Of a stretch of 64,000 nucleotides of DNA, positions 1-12,640 are shown piece by piece; within the stretch, counting starts at the first letter, position 1, and each line of letters opens with the position of its first letter. Source of the DNA: Azolla caroliniana (taxonomy: Eukaryota; Plantae; Polypodiophyta); the NCBI GenBank assembly GCA_043228905.1, contig JBHGNT010000003.1:15066001-15130000 (forward strand), given 5' to 3'. Under the pieces are notes generated by a model. The model saw only the letters and a program-made list of their open reading frames with translations, was not told the origin of the DNA and searched no databases. The translations under genes and the position numbers were made by a program.

Positions 1-197
1 GATAATAAAGGTAATTTGTATGTTCCTTGGAATAAATGGAAATCGGTGCCTCGTTCATATGAGGAGCCATCAGGGTCTGGAGTTTTGCATTCCCATAGTA
101 ATTCATATGCAATCTTAGGGGATTTATTTCAAGATATGGCAGAAACATTACCAGTGAAGGAGAAGGAGATTTCTCGAATAAAAGGAAAAAATAAAGT

Positions 198-791
198 ATG
201 AAGATCACCACATGGAATGTGAGGGGATTGTGTTCTATATTTAGAATGCATGAGGTTTGGAGAATTGTGTTAAGTGAGCAATGGGATGTTTTATGTGCAG
301 TAGAGCATAAAGATCATCATAATGCTGGTTTAATTAGTTATTCTAAGGGTTATACATTATGTTATGCTGGCAAGGTTCATGGGGATTATTCTGGTATTGT
401 CATGTTTATAAGAGACAAATTTCACCCAAAAGTAATTGTTTCAGATGAATTTGGAAGATTTATTGTGGTAGAGATATGTTATGAAGGGAAAGCTCTTTGG
501 TTAGTTGGTGTGTATGCATCAAATGCTTCACATGAACGAAAGTTGTTATGGAGATCTCTAAACTTGGTGCTTGATAATGGTAGACCGGGTTTATCAATGG
601 GAGATTTTAATGTTTGTTGTGAGACAGATCAATCAACATCTATCCACTCTATTATGGATGGACCAGAGGCTCAAGAATGGGGAGATTTTGAGACTGAAGT
701 CATGTTAAGGGATGTATGGAAATGGATCAAGGGAGATGAACCTGGTTATAATTTTCAATCGGCTCAATATAAGGATCTTGGAGTAGGTTGA
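198..791 (+). pseudogene. LINE ORF2 apurinic-like endonuclease domain (fragment)
   Basis: Motifs TWNVRGL, DVLCAVEH, GVYASN, MGDFN. The frame shifts near 780. Confidence 0.85.
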
Positions 792-1695
792 ATCGAATGT
801 ATGTAATGGATACCGAAGGTTTTTTACCAGAGATTTTGGATATTTTAGTGTCTTATGGGTCAATTATATCATATCATTTCCCGTTAATTTTTGAGTTCAA
901 TCACCACTCAATTAGAGGTTTTCATGAGTTTTTAGGAAAACCACCATTGATTTTTAATTCATCATTTTTGGATCATGAGGTCTTCCATGCCTATATGTGT
1001 CAATTGATTGATGCATTTGCCTATCGTGTTCAATTTGATGGGTATGAAGCGTAGGAAGTATTTGTTGCAAATGTTCAGAGGTTAACTAGATATTATGGAA
1101 TTCACCATGCTTTTAAAAGGAGAAAGAAATTAAGTCTCCTAGTCAATTTGCTTGATAAATGCAACTCATTGTTAACTTATTGGCCAACGGATGTAGAGTT
1201 GATGGGATATCAAGAGGTATTAATTTCTGTGATGCATGACCTAATGGCAAAAAATTATCAACATGTTAGACTACATCGTCTAAGACAAGAAGTGGATGAT
1301 GCTAATTGTCAATCACATAAGTTTCTTCATGACCTTCATGAATCACATGCACGATATAATGTGGTAAGGTTAGAGGAAAATGGTATCATGTGTTATGATC
1401 CTCAAGAAATTGTGAAGAAATGCATAGAATATTATACACAATTGTTGGATGTACAAGTGTGTATTGATGATAATGTTAAAAAGGATAGAGATGTATTTTT
1501 TAATGGAGTGAAAAATCATGTATCACATGATGTGGCACAATCATTAGATGCTAATATTTCAGAGGATGAGGTGGAACATGTCATGTCACATCTTGCTAAT
1601 GATAAGAGTCTTGGGTGGGATGGATTAACACATGAACTCTTTAAGAAATATGTGATTAAGTTAAAGGGGCCTTTTACGATTTTATTTCAAAAGGT

Positions 1696-2400
1696 GTGCC
1701 TCATTCTTGGAAGATTGGTTTGATCAAGCTTTTGCTAAAGGTGCCTTCTCCATCTTCCTTTGCTCAATGGAGGCCTATTTCATTGATGGGGGGAATGTAC
1801 AAGATTTTTGCAAAAGTGATGGCCAATAGGTTGCATAAGGTTTTACCTTCTATTATTCATAATGCTCAATATGGGTTTTTCGCAAAAAGAGACATTTTAC
1901 ATAATATTTTAAATGTTCAAATGGCAATTGACTATGCAAAGGAGTCTGAACAAGAATTAGTGTTGCGACAATTGGATATCGAGAAAGCCTATGATAATGT
2001 GGATTGGTCATTTATAAATCAATTGATGTCTCATATGGGTTTTGGTGATCGTATGTCTAAGTTGATATACACATTAGGGGAGGGTTTGGATTCACATGTG
2101 ATGTTTAATGGAGGAGTAACACAACCGATTTCTATTCGGAGGTCAGTTAGACAAGGATGCCCAGTAAGTCCTTTACTATTCACTATTGTGACACATCCTA
2201 TTCTTGTTAAGTTACACAATATGGCTATGGAGGAAGAATTGCTTGGACTAAGGTTGCCATCAAGGAAGCCATGTATTGTTCAAGCTCTCGCAGATGACCA
2301 TATTATGTTTTTGGCACCTAATCGGGAAAATATTAGTAAGACAAGAGATGTGTGGGAATTGTTCAATTGGGGTGGAAGTTTCTTATGTGAAACTTATTGA
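1696..2400 (+). pseudogene. LINE ORF2 reverse transcriptase domain (fragment)
   Basis: Motifs WRPISLMGGMYKIFAKVMANRL, LDIEKAYDNVDW, SVRQGCPVSPLLF, LADD. Confidence 0.88.
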
Positions 2401-2634
2401 GTGGGTATCCAAAAGGTTGGAGGATAAGTTTATGTATTGGAGGTCTCAATTTTGGCCTTTTCATGTACGACTTAAGGTGGTCCAATCGATTATGGTCTCT
2501 ATGGTATCTTATTATCTTCCTTTGCTCCCATGGTCAAAGAAAGCTCTTGAAATGTTGTCACACTCGATGCGAATGTTGTTATGGAAAAGAAAACGGAAAA
2601 GTGCCTTGTCATGGTTGGCATGGGACCATGTTTG

Positions 2635-3396
2635 TGTTGGGAGACAGGTCCCTCCGGATGGGAAGGGAGAAGAACAGTGCTGATGAACAAATTCGGCCGA
2701 GGCCGATAGACCGAGGCCGAAACCGTATGAGGAGTACCCGGCTACGGAGAGCCGGATGACGCAGACCCGGTGAGAACCGGATGAGGAGTACCCGGCTACG
2801 GAGAACCGGATGGTGCAGACCCGGTGAAGACCGGATGAGGAGTACCCGGCTACGGAGAGCCGGGTGGCGCAGACCCGGTGAGAACCGGATGAGAAGTACC
2901 CGGCTACGAAGAGCCGGATGGTGCAGACCCGGTGAGAACCGGATGAAGAGACATATTCGTAAATATGTTTCTGAGAGTCCATCGAGGCTATATTTGTAAA
3001 TAGCCGAAAAGTCATATTAGTATAAATATGACTTAGGGCAAACTTTTAGTTATTGTTGTTGTCATTCCTGTTTTGCACGAGATTAGAGCGCGTAATAGTG
3101 TACAGAGAAAGAGAGAGAGAAAGAGGTCGTTGCCTCTGTTGTAACCGCCACCTGTGGCGAAGATCGTGAGCACGAGGTCGTTGCCTCCGTGAACTCACTG
3201 TTTGTACATTCCAACATAGTGATAGTTTGCAGCTTGTGGGCTGCCGTGGTTTTTCCCTTAGTTTGGGTTTTCCACGTAAACATCCTGTGTACCTTTTCTC
3301 TCCTTTGTGTCGTGAATTTACTCCCCGTTTTCTGTGTATGATCCTAAGCTCGGTTGTGGCCGAGCGTTGCGTATAGGGAGTGTTCAGTTCTCGTCA
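2635..3396 (+). mobile_element. Solo LTR (762 bp) inserted in the LINE
   Basis: TG(2635)...CA(3396) termini with a perfect 5-bp TSD GTTTG (2630-2634 and 3397-3401). TATA-like TATAAAT at 3021 and GA-rich R/U5-like tail. Confidence 0.92.
2727..2942. repeat. 4 x 54-bp tandem repeat inside the solo LTR
   Basis: Units ATGAGGAGTACCCGGCTACGGAGAGCCGG...ACCCGGTGAGAACCGG start at 2727, 2781, 2835 and 2889. Confidence 0.95.
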
Positions 3397-3821
3397 GTTT
3401 GTACTCCGAAGCGTCTTGGTGGGGCATCAATATTGAATCTATATGAGCATATGGTGGCTCGTCAATTTACTTTCATTCAATTCATGTTTGAAGGTGTACA
3501 ACCTTGGACAGAAATGGTGGCATACTTTATAGAGAAGAACAGAATAAAGCTTGGAAACATGAAGGTTGAAGCGAATTGGGGGAATGTAATTAATTCTGAC
3601 AGGGATGTCAAATGTACAGGGTCTATGATAGTTAATCATTTGTTGACATCTTGGCAAAGTATGTTGGATTTTTGGGAATGGCATCCCCCACAAAAAAGGG
3701 GATGTGCCAATTCATTACAAATGGAGGTTTTGGCAACATCAAGGTTGTTGAGGTGGGAAGGTAAACAAATTCTTAACCTTCAATTTAATCGGATGGCGAG
3801 ATTGGGTTTGGTAACAGTTAA

Positions 3822-6800
3822 GGAGAGAGAGAGAGAGAGAGAGAGAGAACAAAACAGTTATATTATTACGCCCTAACTATTAGATCATTGGTGGTGGCTT
3901 TATAAGCCCACCACCAATACAATTACGGTTTCCTTCTCATGAAGGAAACCGTATTCCTAAGATTAATAACTATTTATTTATTTATTTTTGCTTATAATTA
4001 TAATTATTTTCCACACTCCCCCCTAAGCGAAAATTTCTAGAAGTGTAGATTTTCATCTTTGTCTTCGATTACATCAATTAATCCAACTTGCTTGCAACAA
4101 ATAATGTGCTTAGAATGTTGAAGAGGTTTCGTTAGAAAATCTTCTATGTTTCAATGAGATCGTGAAGAAAATGATGTTTTAAGTCCACATGACGTATATT
4201 GTTGCTCATCTTTGGATTGTTGGCTAACTTGATGCAAGATTGATTATCGCAAAACAAAGTCACTATTGGAATAGTAAATAGTTTAAATTCTACAAACATA
4301 GCTTTAATCCATATGCCTTCTTTAGCCGCTAAGGCTGTGGCAATATATTCAGCTTGGGTGGATGACAATGCTTCGGTAGTTTATTTCTTTGACTTCCACG
4401 AAATTGCAGTGCCAGCTAGTGTGTAAACATAGCCACCTGTTGACTTGCGATCGTCCACATCTCCCCCCAATCAAAGTCCGAGCAACCAATTAGTTGGGTA
4501 GCGGGATTTGTCCATCTTTGCACAAGTGTGGTTGACTCATATTGTGTGGCAGAGTAAGTCAACACATAATGTTGAGTATGTTTCAAGTATCGTAGTAATC
4601 TTTTGAGAGTGATCCAATGCTTTGGTCCTAGATTAGCAATTAAACGAGAAAGAAAACCGGTAGCAATGCAAATATCGGGACGTGTGCAACTTACTAGATA
4701 TCTTATACACCCAAGGATTTGTTTATAGGGTACATCCTTCATTTCGGAAATTTCTCGTTCATTTTTGGGAGAATCATTATTTGAAAGTTTACATGGATAG
4801 GTAAGACGAGTACTAATAGGCTTACTATGGAGCATATCAAATCTTTGGAGGATAGAATTAATATAATTTGATTGTGATAATGAGATAGTATAATTTGTTC
4901 TATTTTGATGCCTTGAAAATGTGTAATAGGGCCTAAATCGGTGATAGGAAAGACATATGCAAGTTCCTTCTTTGCAATAGTTAGATAAGATTTGGATTTA
5001 GAGATCAAGGGCAAGTCATCAACATAGACACCTATGATAACAAAATTGGATTTGGCTTTTCTAACATATATATTTGGCTCATTGTTTAGGCGATGATATC
5101 CAACTTTTATAAGAAAAGAGTGTAGTTTGTGATACCATATGCGTGGAGATTGCTTAAGGCCGTAAATAGATTTACGAAGTTGACAAACATGTGTTCGATG
5201 ACTTGGATCTTCAAAAAATTGTGGTTTTTGTAAATAAAGTTCTTCATCTAAATCTCCATGAAGAAAAGCCGTTTGTACATCCAAGTGATGCAATTCTAGA
5301 TCATGTTGAGCGGCAAGAGCAACGAGCATTCAAAAACTACATATTTTTAGCGTTGACGAAATGTAACTTGAAAATCAATACCTGGTACTTGAGAAAATCC
5401 TTGAGCAACAACACGAGCCTTGAAACGAATTGGATTACCTTTATTATCTTGCTTTATGCGTAAGACCCATTTAGAACCAATTATTTGACGATCTTTTGGA
5501 GGCTCAACGAGGGTCCATGTACCATTTTTACTTAAAGCCTTCATTTCTTTGTCCATAGCCTTTCTCCATTTGATAGAATCCGATCCGGAAAGTGCATCTT
5601 TGGCCGATAGATTTGTGTCATCACTAAGGGTTGGAATATCTTCTTCTTGTATATAAGCTTCATGCTCCAAGTCCACAAAATGTGCTTCCATTTTATCAAG
5701 TTGTTCATAAATACTATTTAGAGATCTATACTTTGGAGGTGGGGAGGTTGGTGATGAAGCTTGGAATGAAGGATTAGGAGAGGGAGTGGAGAAGATAACA
5801 TTATTTGTATTGTTAGAGGGAGTTAAACAATGTGTATTTAAAGGAGTATGAGGAAGAGAATCATCTAGAGATTGGAATGAGGGAAGATGAGAAGAAGAAT
5901 TAGTTGGTTGAGTAGGATTGACCTTTGCCTTGTGATTAGATGGAAGAGCAACACAAATAATGGAAGTAGAGGATGAGCCAATGTTGGTTCCTTCAATATG
6001 AGAGTTATTAATATTAGAGATGGTTGAGGAAGGTGTTGTAAGTGGGTAGGGGTAGGTAATAAAGGAGGTAGATTAGAAGAGAGTGAAGAAGAAACCTTTG
6101 TAGAAAGCCCATTTTCTTGAAATATCACATTGCGATTAAAGAATATTCAAGTCACTTTTGTGGATCGTAGAGCTTGTACGCCTTGTATCCCGAAGCTTCT
6201 CCATATCTAATGAAAATTGATTTTGTAGCCCTTGGATCTAGCTTACTCCTTTGAACATTTGGCACAAAAGCATAAGCATCACAACAAAAAATACGAAGGT
6301 TAGTTAAGTTAGGTTTGTGACCATGCCATAGTTCATAAGGGGTTTGGAGCCCCAAGGATCTATGAAATCCTCAATTTTGAATATAGCAAGCGGTGCCAAC
6401 CACTTCCTCCCAAAATTGAGGCGATAAGTGAGAAAATTGTAACATACTCCGAGCCATATCAAGAAGTGATCTATTCTTGCTTTCAGATACACCATTTTGT
6501 TGTGGTGTTTGTGGTGTTGATATTCTATGATGTATGCCTTCATTTTGATACAAACTTTGAAATTCATGAGACATATACTCACCATCACCTGAATTGGGGT
6601 AGAATGATGTGCTTCTAAAATAAGAGATGTAGGAATACATTTTATGGGATATAATCCTCCTTCTCGTTTGCAACAAGTTTTAATAAGCTCTCCATTTGTG
6701 GCTTTATGTTTAATAATAACATGGTTAGGATGAAACTCAATGATAATACCATTTGTCATTGCTTGACTAACCGATAGCAAATGTTTGGTGATGCCCAGGA

Positions 6801-7933
6801 CATAGAGAACTTCATTGATTGTGAAATGTCTTCCTCCTGTGACTTCAAAAGTAATATCACCCTTGCCAATAGCTTGTTTAGTCCCATTATTTCCAAATCT
6901 TACAATGATAGGGGGTTCAACTTCCTTATAATTACATAACCAATCTTTCCTATTAGTTAAGTGGTTACTGGCACTAGTGTCGAGATACCATATGTCATTT
7001 ACATTACTTGGATTTGGGGTCGTGGCTGAAAGTGATTCGGCAATGAATGCTTGAAGAACATCGTCATACTTGTCACCATTTTGATATCCATCTTCTATGG
7101 TTTTATCATCATCCATCTCTTCTTCAACAAGATGGGCTTGCACACGCTTCCAAGGTTGATAATTCTTGAAATTTGCCTTTGCGCAACAATCTTTTGTTGC
7201 ATGAATAGAACGTTTGCATATTTTACAATAGTTGTTGTTGAACCGCATTCCTCCTTGTTTAGTGTAACTTTGATCTTTCTTTATCCATGGCTTTGAGCTT
7301 TCTTCTCTTTGAGTGAATCTTCGGTTTTTGTATGCTCTCATTGCCACACTTGGAGTTGAATTTGAAGACCTTTGTAAACACATTGTTTCTTCCTGTCTAA
7401 TGTTTGCAAGAAGATCAATTAGAGTTGGACAATTTATAGAGGTTTGGGTGGTTCTGAAAGTGGACCACGAGTGAGGAAGAGCACCAAGAAGGAGAATCTT
7501 TTGTAATTTATCATGGATTTCAAATCCCAAAGTTAACACATCATCTTATTTCTTTTGCCATATTAATAGAAATTCACCAACTGCTTGTTTGTCATTCATT
7601 TTGTAATTAACAAGTGGACACTATGAATATGATTATTTTTGTATGGGCATGAAAGTTAAATTATGATAGGGGCACGTGTTTTATGATTTAAGAAAGGCAT
7701 AGACTATAGGTTATAGATCGTTTGGCTCTGATACCATGTAGGAAAAGAAAAAGAGAGAGAGAGAGAGAGAAACAATGATATTATTACGCCCTAACTATTA
7801 CATCATTGGTGGTGGCTTTATAAGCCCACCACCGATACAGTTACGGTTTCCTTCTCATGAAGGAAACTGTATTCCTAAGATTAATAACAATTTATTTATT
7901 TATTTTTGCTTATAATTATTATTATTTTTCACA
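3822..7933 (-). mobile_element. Degenerate Ty1/copia LTR retrotransposon with short (~197 bp) LTRs
   Basis: 5' LTR 7737-7933 and 3' LTR ~3822-4015. PBS(Met-i) TGGTATCAGAGCCAAA at 7736-7721 and PPT at 4016-4024. Gag/protease (WYLDTSASNH), integrase (TPQQNG), RT (HHLDVQTAFLHG, YVDDL) and RNase H (DNQSCIKLANNP) occur in copia order. No TSD was recovered. Confidence 0.93.
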
Positions 7934-8582
7934 TCGACTGCAGCTAATCTCTAGGAGACTTGGTTCGCCTGCAATGTCGTCAAGAAGGCTTGAACATGCA
8001 CTTCGGCATCAAATTCATCATTATAGTTGCCATTATAATTGTCATTGTTTGAGTGAAAAGCTACCTGCCAAATACGTTTGGGAAATGACAGATCTCGTCG
8101 CTTGTCGATACTCCTCCCGAGCACGCATGCACGCACTCTCTTACTTCTTGCAATGAGCTCCAGATTGTCTGGCCAGCATCCATTTTCCCTTCTTCTCTGC
8201 CTCTTGTAGAATGAATTGTGGTCGCCAAAATGTGTTATTCTCACAATAAACACGAGTCGGATAACCAATCATTGTTATTTTGTATAGAACCATATCAGTT
8301 GTAGCCGATTCAACTAGTGTCTGTGTAGCCGATTCGGCTAGTTATTTTGTTACGGTCTATTCTATTTTTATTTCCATTTCTCCGACCATGATCTTTGGTG
8401 AAGGGTATCCATTGATTGGTTATCCAACCCGTCTTTACTGTGAGAGGATCAAAATATCTTTAAGTCCTTTCAATACACGAGTGTAAACTATGTGGACATC
8501 TTAGGTTCCATTCCTCTATTGCTTGATGCTCAAACACGTTGGTCATCATCATCCACAATAAGAATCCTCACATCTATAACAA

Positions 8583-9250
8583 TTACTGTTCCTGTAGTCC
8601 TCTTACTATACCAAATTTGTGGAGTTTGACAAGTACGGGGTCTTCCTCATTCAATTTTCTCATAAAATGTTGTGCTTGGGCTTTATTACGGAGAGGGTAG
8701 TCTTCAGGCAAAAACTGTCTATGTCTAGGGCATAAATTATTGTTTAAGGACTTACAGTATGATGATCTCAACCAATGACTATGCCGAGACGAGGAAAAAA
8801 GCCATGTGCAAGGTAGTCATTAATAGTACTTGCTAGAATTCTACGGAGTTTAAAGGCTTGAAGTCTTCTTAGTTTGGTTGCATCAATGACATCTAAATGT
8901 TTCCACAATTCTTGTAGGTTGTTGATAAGAGGTGCTAAGTACATTCAATTCCTTAACTTGTCTTTTTCCTACAATTAAGAAGGATAACATCAAATGTCCC
9001 GTTAATTAATTACAATCACCGACTAGGTTGACCATTTTGACATGTACATCAAAAATGGGGTTGACATTGTCTAGTCCTACACCTAGATTTAAGTTTCTTG
9101 GCTTGTTCTTGAAATTTAGTTTTGTATTATCTATATGTTTAAACGGTGGACAATCAGCCAAAATCCGCATAATGTCATTCATATTGACATTCATGTAATC
9201 CCAACCGCATATTTTGAGAAGCTAGGAGCATGAAATAATTGCATACAATA
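8583..9250 (-). mobile_element. CACTA/En-Spm Tnp2 (Transposase_21) remnant
   Basis: FKHIDNTKLNFKNKPRNLNLGVGLDNVNP resembles the Tnp2 motif WKHID..F..EPRNLRLGL..DG.NP. HRQFLPEDYPLR resembles HRRFLP.DHP.R. Confidence 0.7.
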
Positions 9251-10253
9251 CTGGCATTCCATTCCACTTTCTGTTAGTGACGCAACATTTGCAAAAGACC
9301 ACATGTTGTCATGCTTCTATTGAATTAGACAAATTGATGCCATGTATTCCATGCTTGAACATACTAGCTAACTAGTGATTTGTTAATTATAAAATATATA
9401 TCTTAAGATAACCTTATGGACACTATGAGTTGTCAACTCTAAGATGGTTGGGAGAGATGCCTTAGATGTCTAAGTTCCTCTTTCAGTATCTAGTAAATGC
9501 ACATTTAATCCAATAAAACTTAATTTTGTTGTGAGAGATTTGTTTTCTATTTCAATATTAGCTACTTTAGTCACTCTAATGATTAGGGCACATATAATTC
9601 TTTTCTAAAAGGTGTCTAATCGTACATAGGATGTCAAAGACAATCTAAGAGCCAAATTATTGATTGTTGTAGGTGAGCTATTAAAAGGCGGGGATGGCTT
9701 TTAAGCTCTCGCTCATTCCATTTCATCAATGGAATCCCTATGTATTTGACCATTTCCGTGAGTTTCAGGCTTGTTCCAATCAAATGCCTTCTTGTTGGTA
9801 TGTAAAGATTTTGATTCATAATCAAATGGGATGGATAAATAATGGCACATATTCTTTTTTCACAATTGGGGTCAAACTTTAAGTGTTGATCTATAACCGA
9901 CTTTTCATCTTCAACTTCAACTTAATTTGTCTTTTGTACGAGAAGAGAAAACAAATACAAGATGAATACAATTATTATGTATGAGAGAAGATGATGGCTC
10001 CATGTATGAATACAAATGGATATTGTCGGCACTAATATGCACTTGTGGGTAACCTTAAATTATGAAACCACCAAGCACACTAATTGCAAAGCCTCAAAGC
10101 AATGTTACACTATACTTGTAAGGTTATTAATATATAAGGCAAAGTTGGCATGAATATTTTCCTGCGAAGGGATTAACACATCATGTTTGTTTGTGATTTG
10201 ACAATGCCTGACAAGAGGCTCACATTTTGATAATGGAGTTCACTATAATGTCC

Positions 10254-12640
10254 TCATGTGTTGGGATCTATAGACATATTCATACACATAATGTCGGGGT
10301 CTGAAAATATGAGTTGATTCCACATGTCAATAGGTCCTGGCATGCACCAATGTACACAATCATTTTTAGGCTCAGTCGAAGATTGGATCCTATACACACC
10401 TGGATGCCCATCGGGCCGCAAAAGGCTGCTATATGTCACGTCTAGAAGTTTCAATATTGGTTGAGACGCATTTCCCTTACGAACTATAGCTTTTCTAAGC
10501 TCATTTTTTTGGATTTTAAAAATCTCGTTAGGTGTCCACGGTAACTCCATCTTGCCTTCTGGATCAAAATATGGTTGGGTTTTCTTACATGTCCCTCCTT
10601 TATCCCATGGATTTCCATCAAAATGGGAGATGCTAACTGACCGAAGAATGGCGAGTCCTTTGTAGTGATCCACTAAATGCTTCATAATTGTCTCCCATAC
10701 AAGCCTCATCCCATGAAGAAATTCAATGGATGTAGCATTACTAGAATCATGGGAGGAGACGACCTCATTGTTGACATAATATGAGGAGGTTCTAAAGAAC
10801 CAATTTGTCATAGAAAAAATAGCAACATCATAACTAGAAAGACACTTTGTCCATAATTTATCGGGCTTGTCAACATGTATCTTCCATGGGCCTTCCTCCA
10901 CTTGGGTATAATCTACAAGGAAAGGTGACCATGCAAGTGATAATATGAAGTTATAGGATGGAAATTTCCAAGCTGCTGCAATGCCTTGACGATCTTCAAC
11001 ATCACTAGGTTCTTCTACCTTCAACAAGCCAATCATATGTTAGGGAACTTGGCACCTTTTCTTCATTATTGTATAGTATCCCAGATATATTCTTTTAAAG
11101 TTCTTGTAAGCACTCATATAATGGTCCATGCTCAATATTTTTTCTATTAACATTCTTTTTGTGTAAGTTAAGAAACAAAATAATAGATGCGCTCTTTTAA
11201 GGGTCATGCAAAACCTGTGAAAGTGCACAAAGAAGTGCCTCTTGATGATTGCGTGCGATCGAGTCCCCAACGAACAACATTTTCTTTCCTCTCATTAATT
11301 GAAGGAACAATGTAGGATCAAATGATGGCAACTCGCAACCATTGGGTTTCCATCTCCAATAAATGTAGCCTTTATCTGGTCTACCATTTGCCATGCAATT
11401 CTGGTTACGGAATATGTATTTGCAAGTCTCATTAGTGTATAGAGGAGCAGAGAAATCACGAACCCATTGCCCTTTTGTGTGATCGCAACTCTTATTTTGA
11501 TCTGCCAAGAAGTGTATGTTAGACTTACTAGGTATACCAAGTGTTCTATAGGTACCATAGAGTTGAACTCTATCTTATCGCCTATCATTCTAGAATATTA
11601 AGACACATAGTTCTATAGATCATTGATGTTGGTTGCATAACTTGGTAATCTAGCATTTCATAAGGATTGGAATGCAACATAGAACATTTTAAGTCTTAGC
11701 CTATTATAGATCTATGTTTTCTATGCACCATTGACAAACTTTATTGTTAATGTAACATAAATAGGCCTAGGCAATGAGTTCCATAATATATTAAATTCAA
11801 TTTAACGATTGAACGTAATTGTTAACATAAAATGGAAGCTTTTTAAATGGCGTACTTCTCAAACAATTGCATCCCAATGCAAATATAATGCAATCTTACA
11901 TTGACCTTACGTTATTCATATATGTACACAAAACATATTTCCTAACAACCATACTACCAAGGCTTTATAAGATGCCTTCCATTTTATGTTAACAAATGAT
12001 CATAAGAATGATGCTTATAGTTTAAAATGAGTCGAAAGAGCATTCATCCTAATTCCCCTACTTTCTAATAAAATTTGTTCTAACCATGTGCTATTCATCG
12101 GAGTATGGACACACATAAACATGAAGAAAATGCATCAAGGAAGCTCAGGTCTCTTCATGAACTCAGTCTAAACAATAATGCACAATCTAACATAGAACGC
12201 ATATGTATAGCAAGCATATATGATCCGCACACACATATAGGAGTCAAGCATGTTATGGGTTAAATAATGACGGTAGAGATAATATGCAGGAAGAACATAA
12301 AGGTAGACTATTTGTTCACACAACAAACACAGTATATATATGTATATAGAATGGTAATGGTAATGGTAATGGTAATGGTGGATGTATGATTACTTGCGAG
12401 CATTAAGCACCAATTGCGCGTGGCCCTTTCAACCTCCGCATTGGTACCATGCTGATGAGTCGTAGGGAACAGGTGGAGGCCATCACCATCACCATCTTCA
12501 TCATCATCCGCAAGGAACCACCATAGATTGATTGAACAGAAGGCGAAGAGGAGGAGCCAGGACAGGGCAATCCTCTTTGATGATGGCGAGGACGATGATA
12601 TATCAATGGCGCCATTAAGGTGATGGGTATGAGGCTTCAT
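10254..12640 (-). CDS. TBL: Trichome birefringence-like (TBL; PMR5N + PC-esterase/DUF231) polysaccharide O-acetyltransferase, 3 exons, ~432 aa
   Basis: Predicted exons 12640-12394, 11501-11215 and 11018-10254 with GT-AG introns and consistent phases (1299 nt total). N-terminal TM segment, CD...G.WV..C..NGRPD..Y..WRWKP..C, GDS motif (FVGDSIARN) and DxxH motif (DCVHWCMPG). Confidence 0.93.

Larger units (their letters stand above)
1..3821 (+). mobile_element. Degenerate L1-type LINE: end of ORF1 plus ORF2 (APE endonuclease, reverse transcriptase), interrupted by a solo LTR and 3'-truncated at a Copia LTR
   Basis: ORF 198-791 begins MKITTWNVRGL and contains GDFN (APE endonuclease). ORF 1696-2400 has WRPISL, LDIEKAYD, RQGCPVSPLLF and ALADD (RT). 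There are many stops and frameshifts. The frame WDHVC|TPKRLGG is restored when 2635-3401 is removed. Confidence 0.92.

Noticed and set aside
2727-2942. Possible CRISPR-like array or repeat protein
   Set aside because: Head-to-tail units with no unique spacers, inside a TSD-flanked solo LTR in plant DNA.
8535-8582. Minus-strand IDVRILIVDDDQ resembling a response-regulator receiver start
   Set aside because: Only ~12 residues, closed by a stop and adjacent to CACTA debris, with no rest of the domain.
9250-9900. Possible additional LINE relic (VKYIGIPL)
   Set aside because: A single weak motif, too decayed to delimit.
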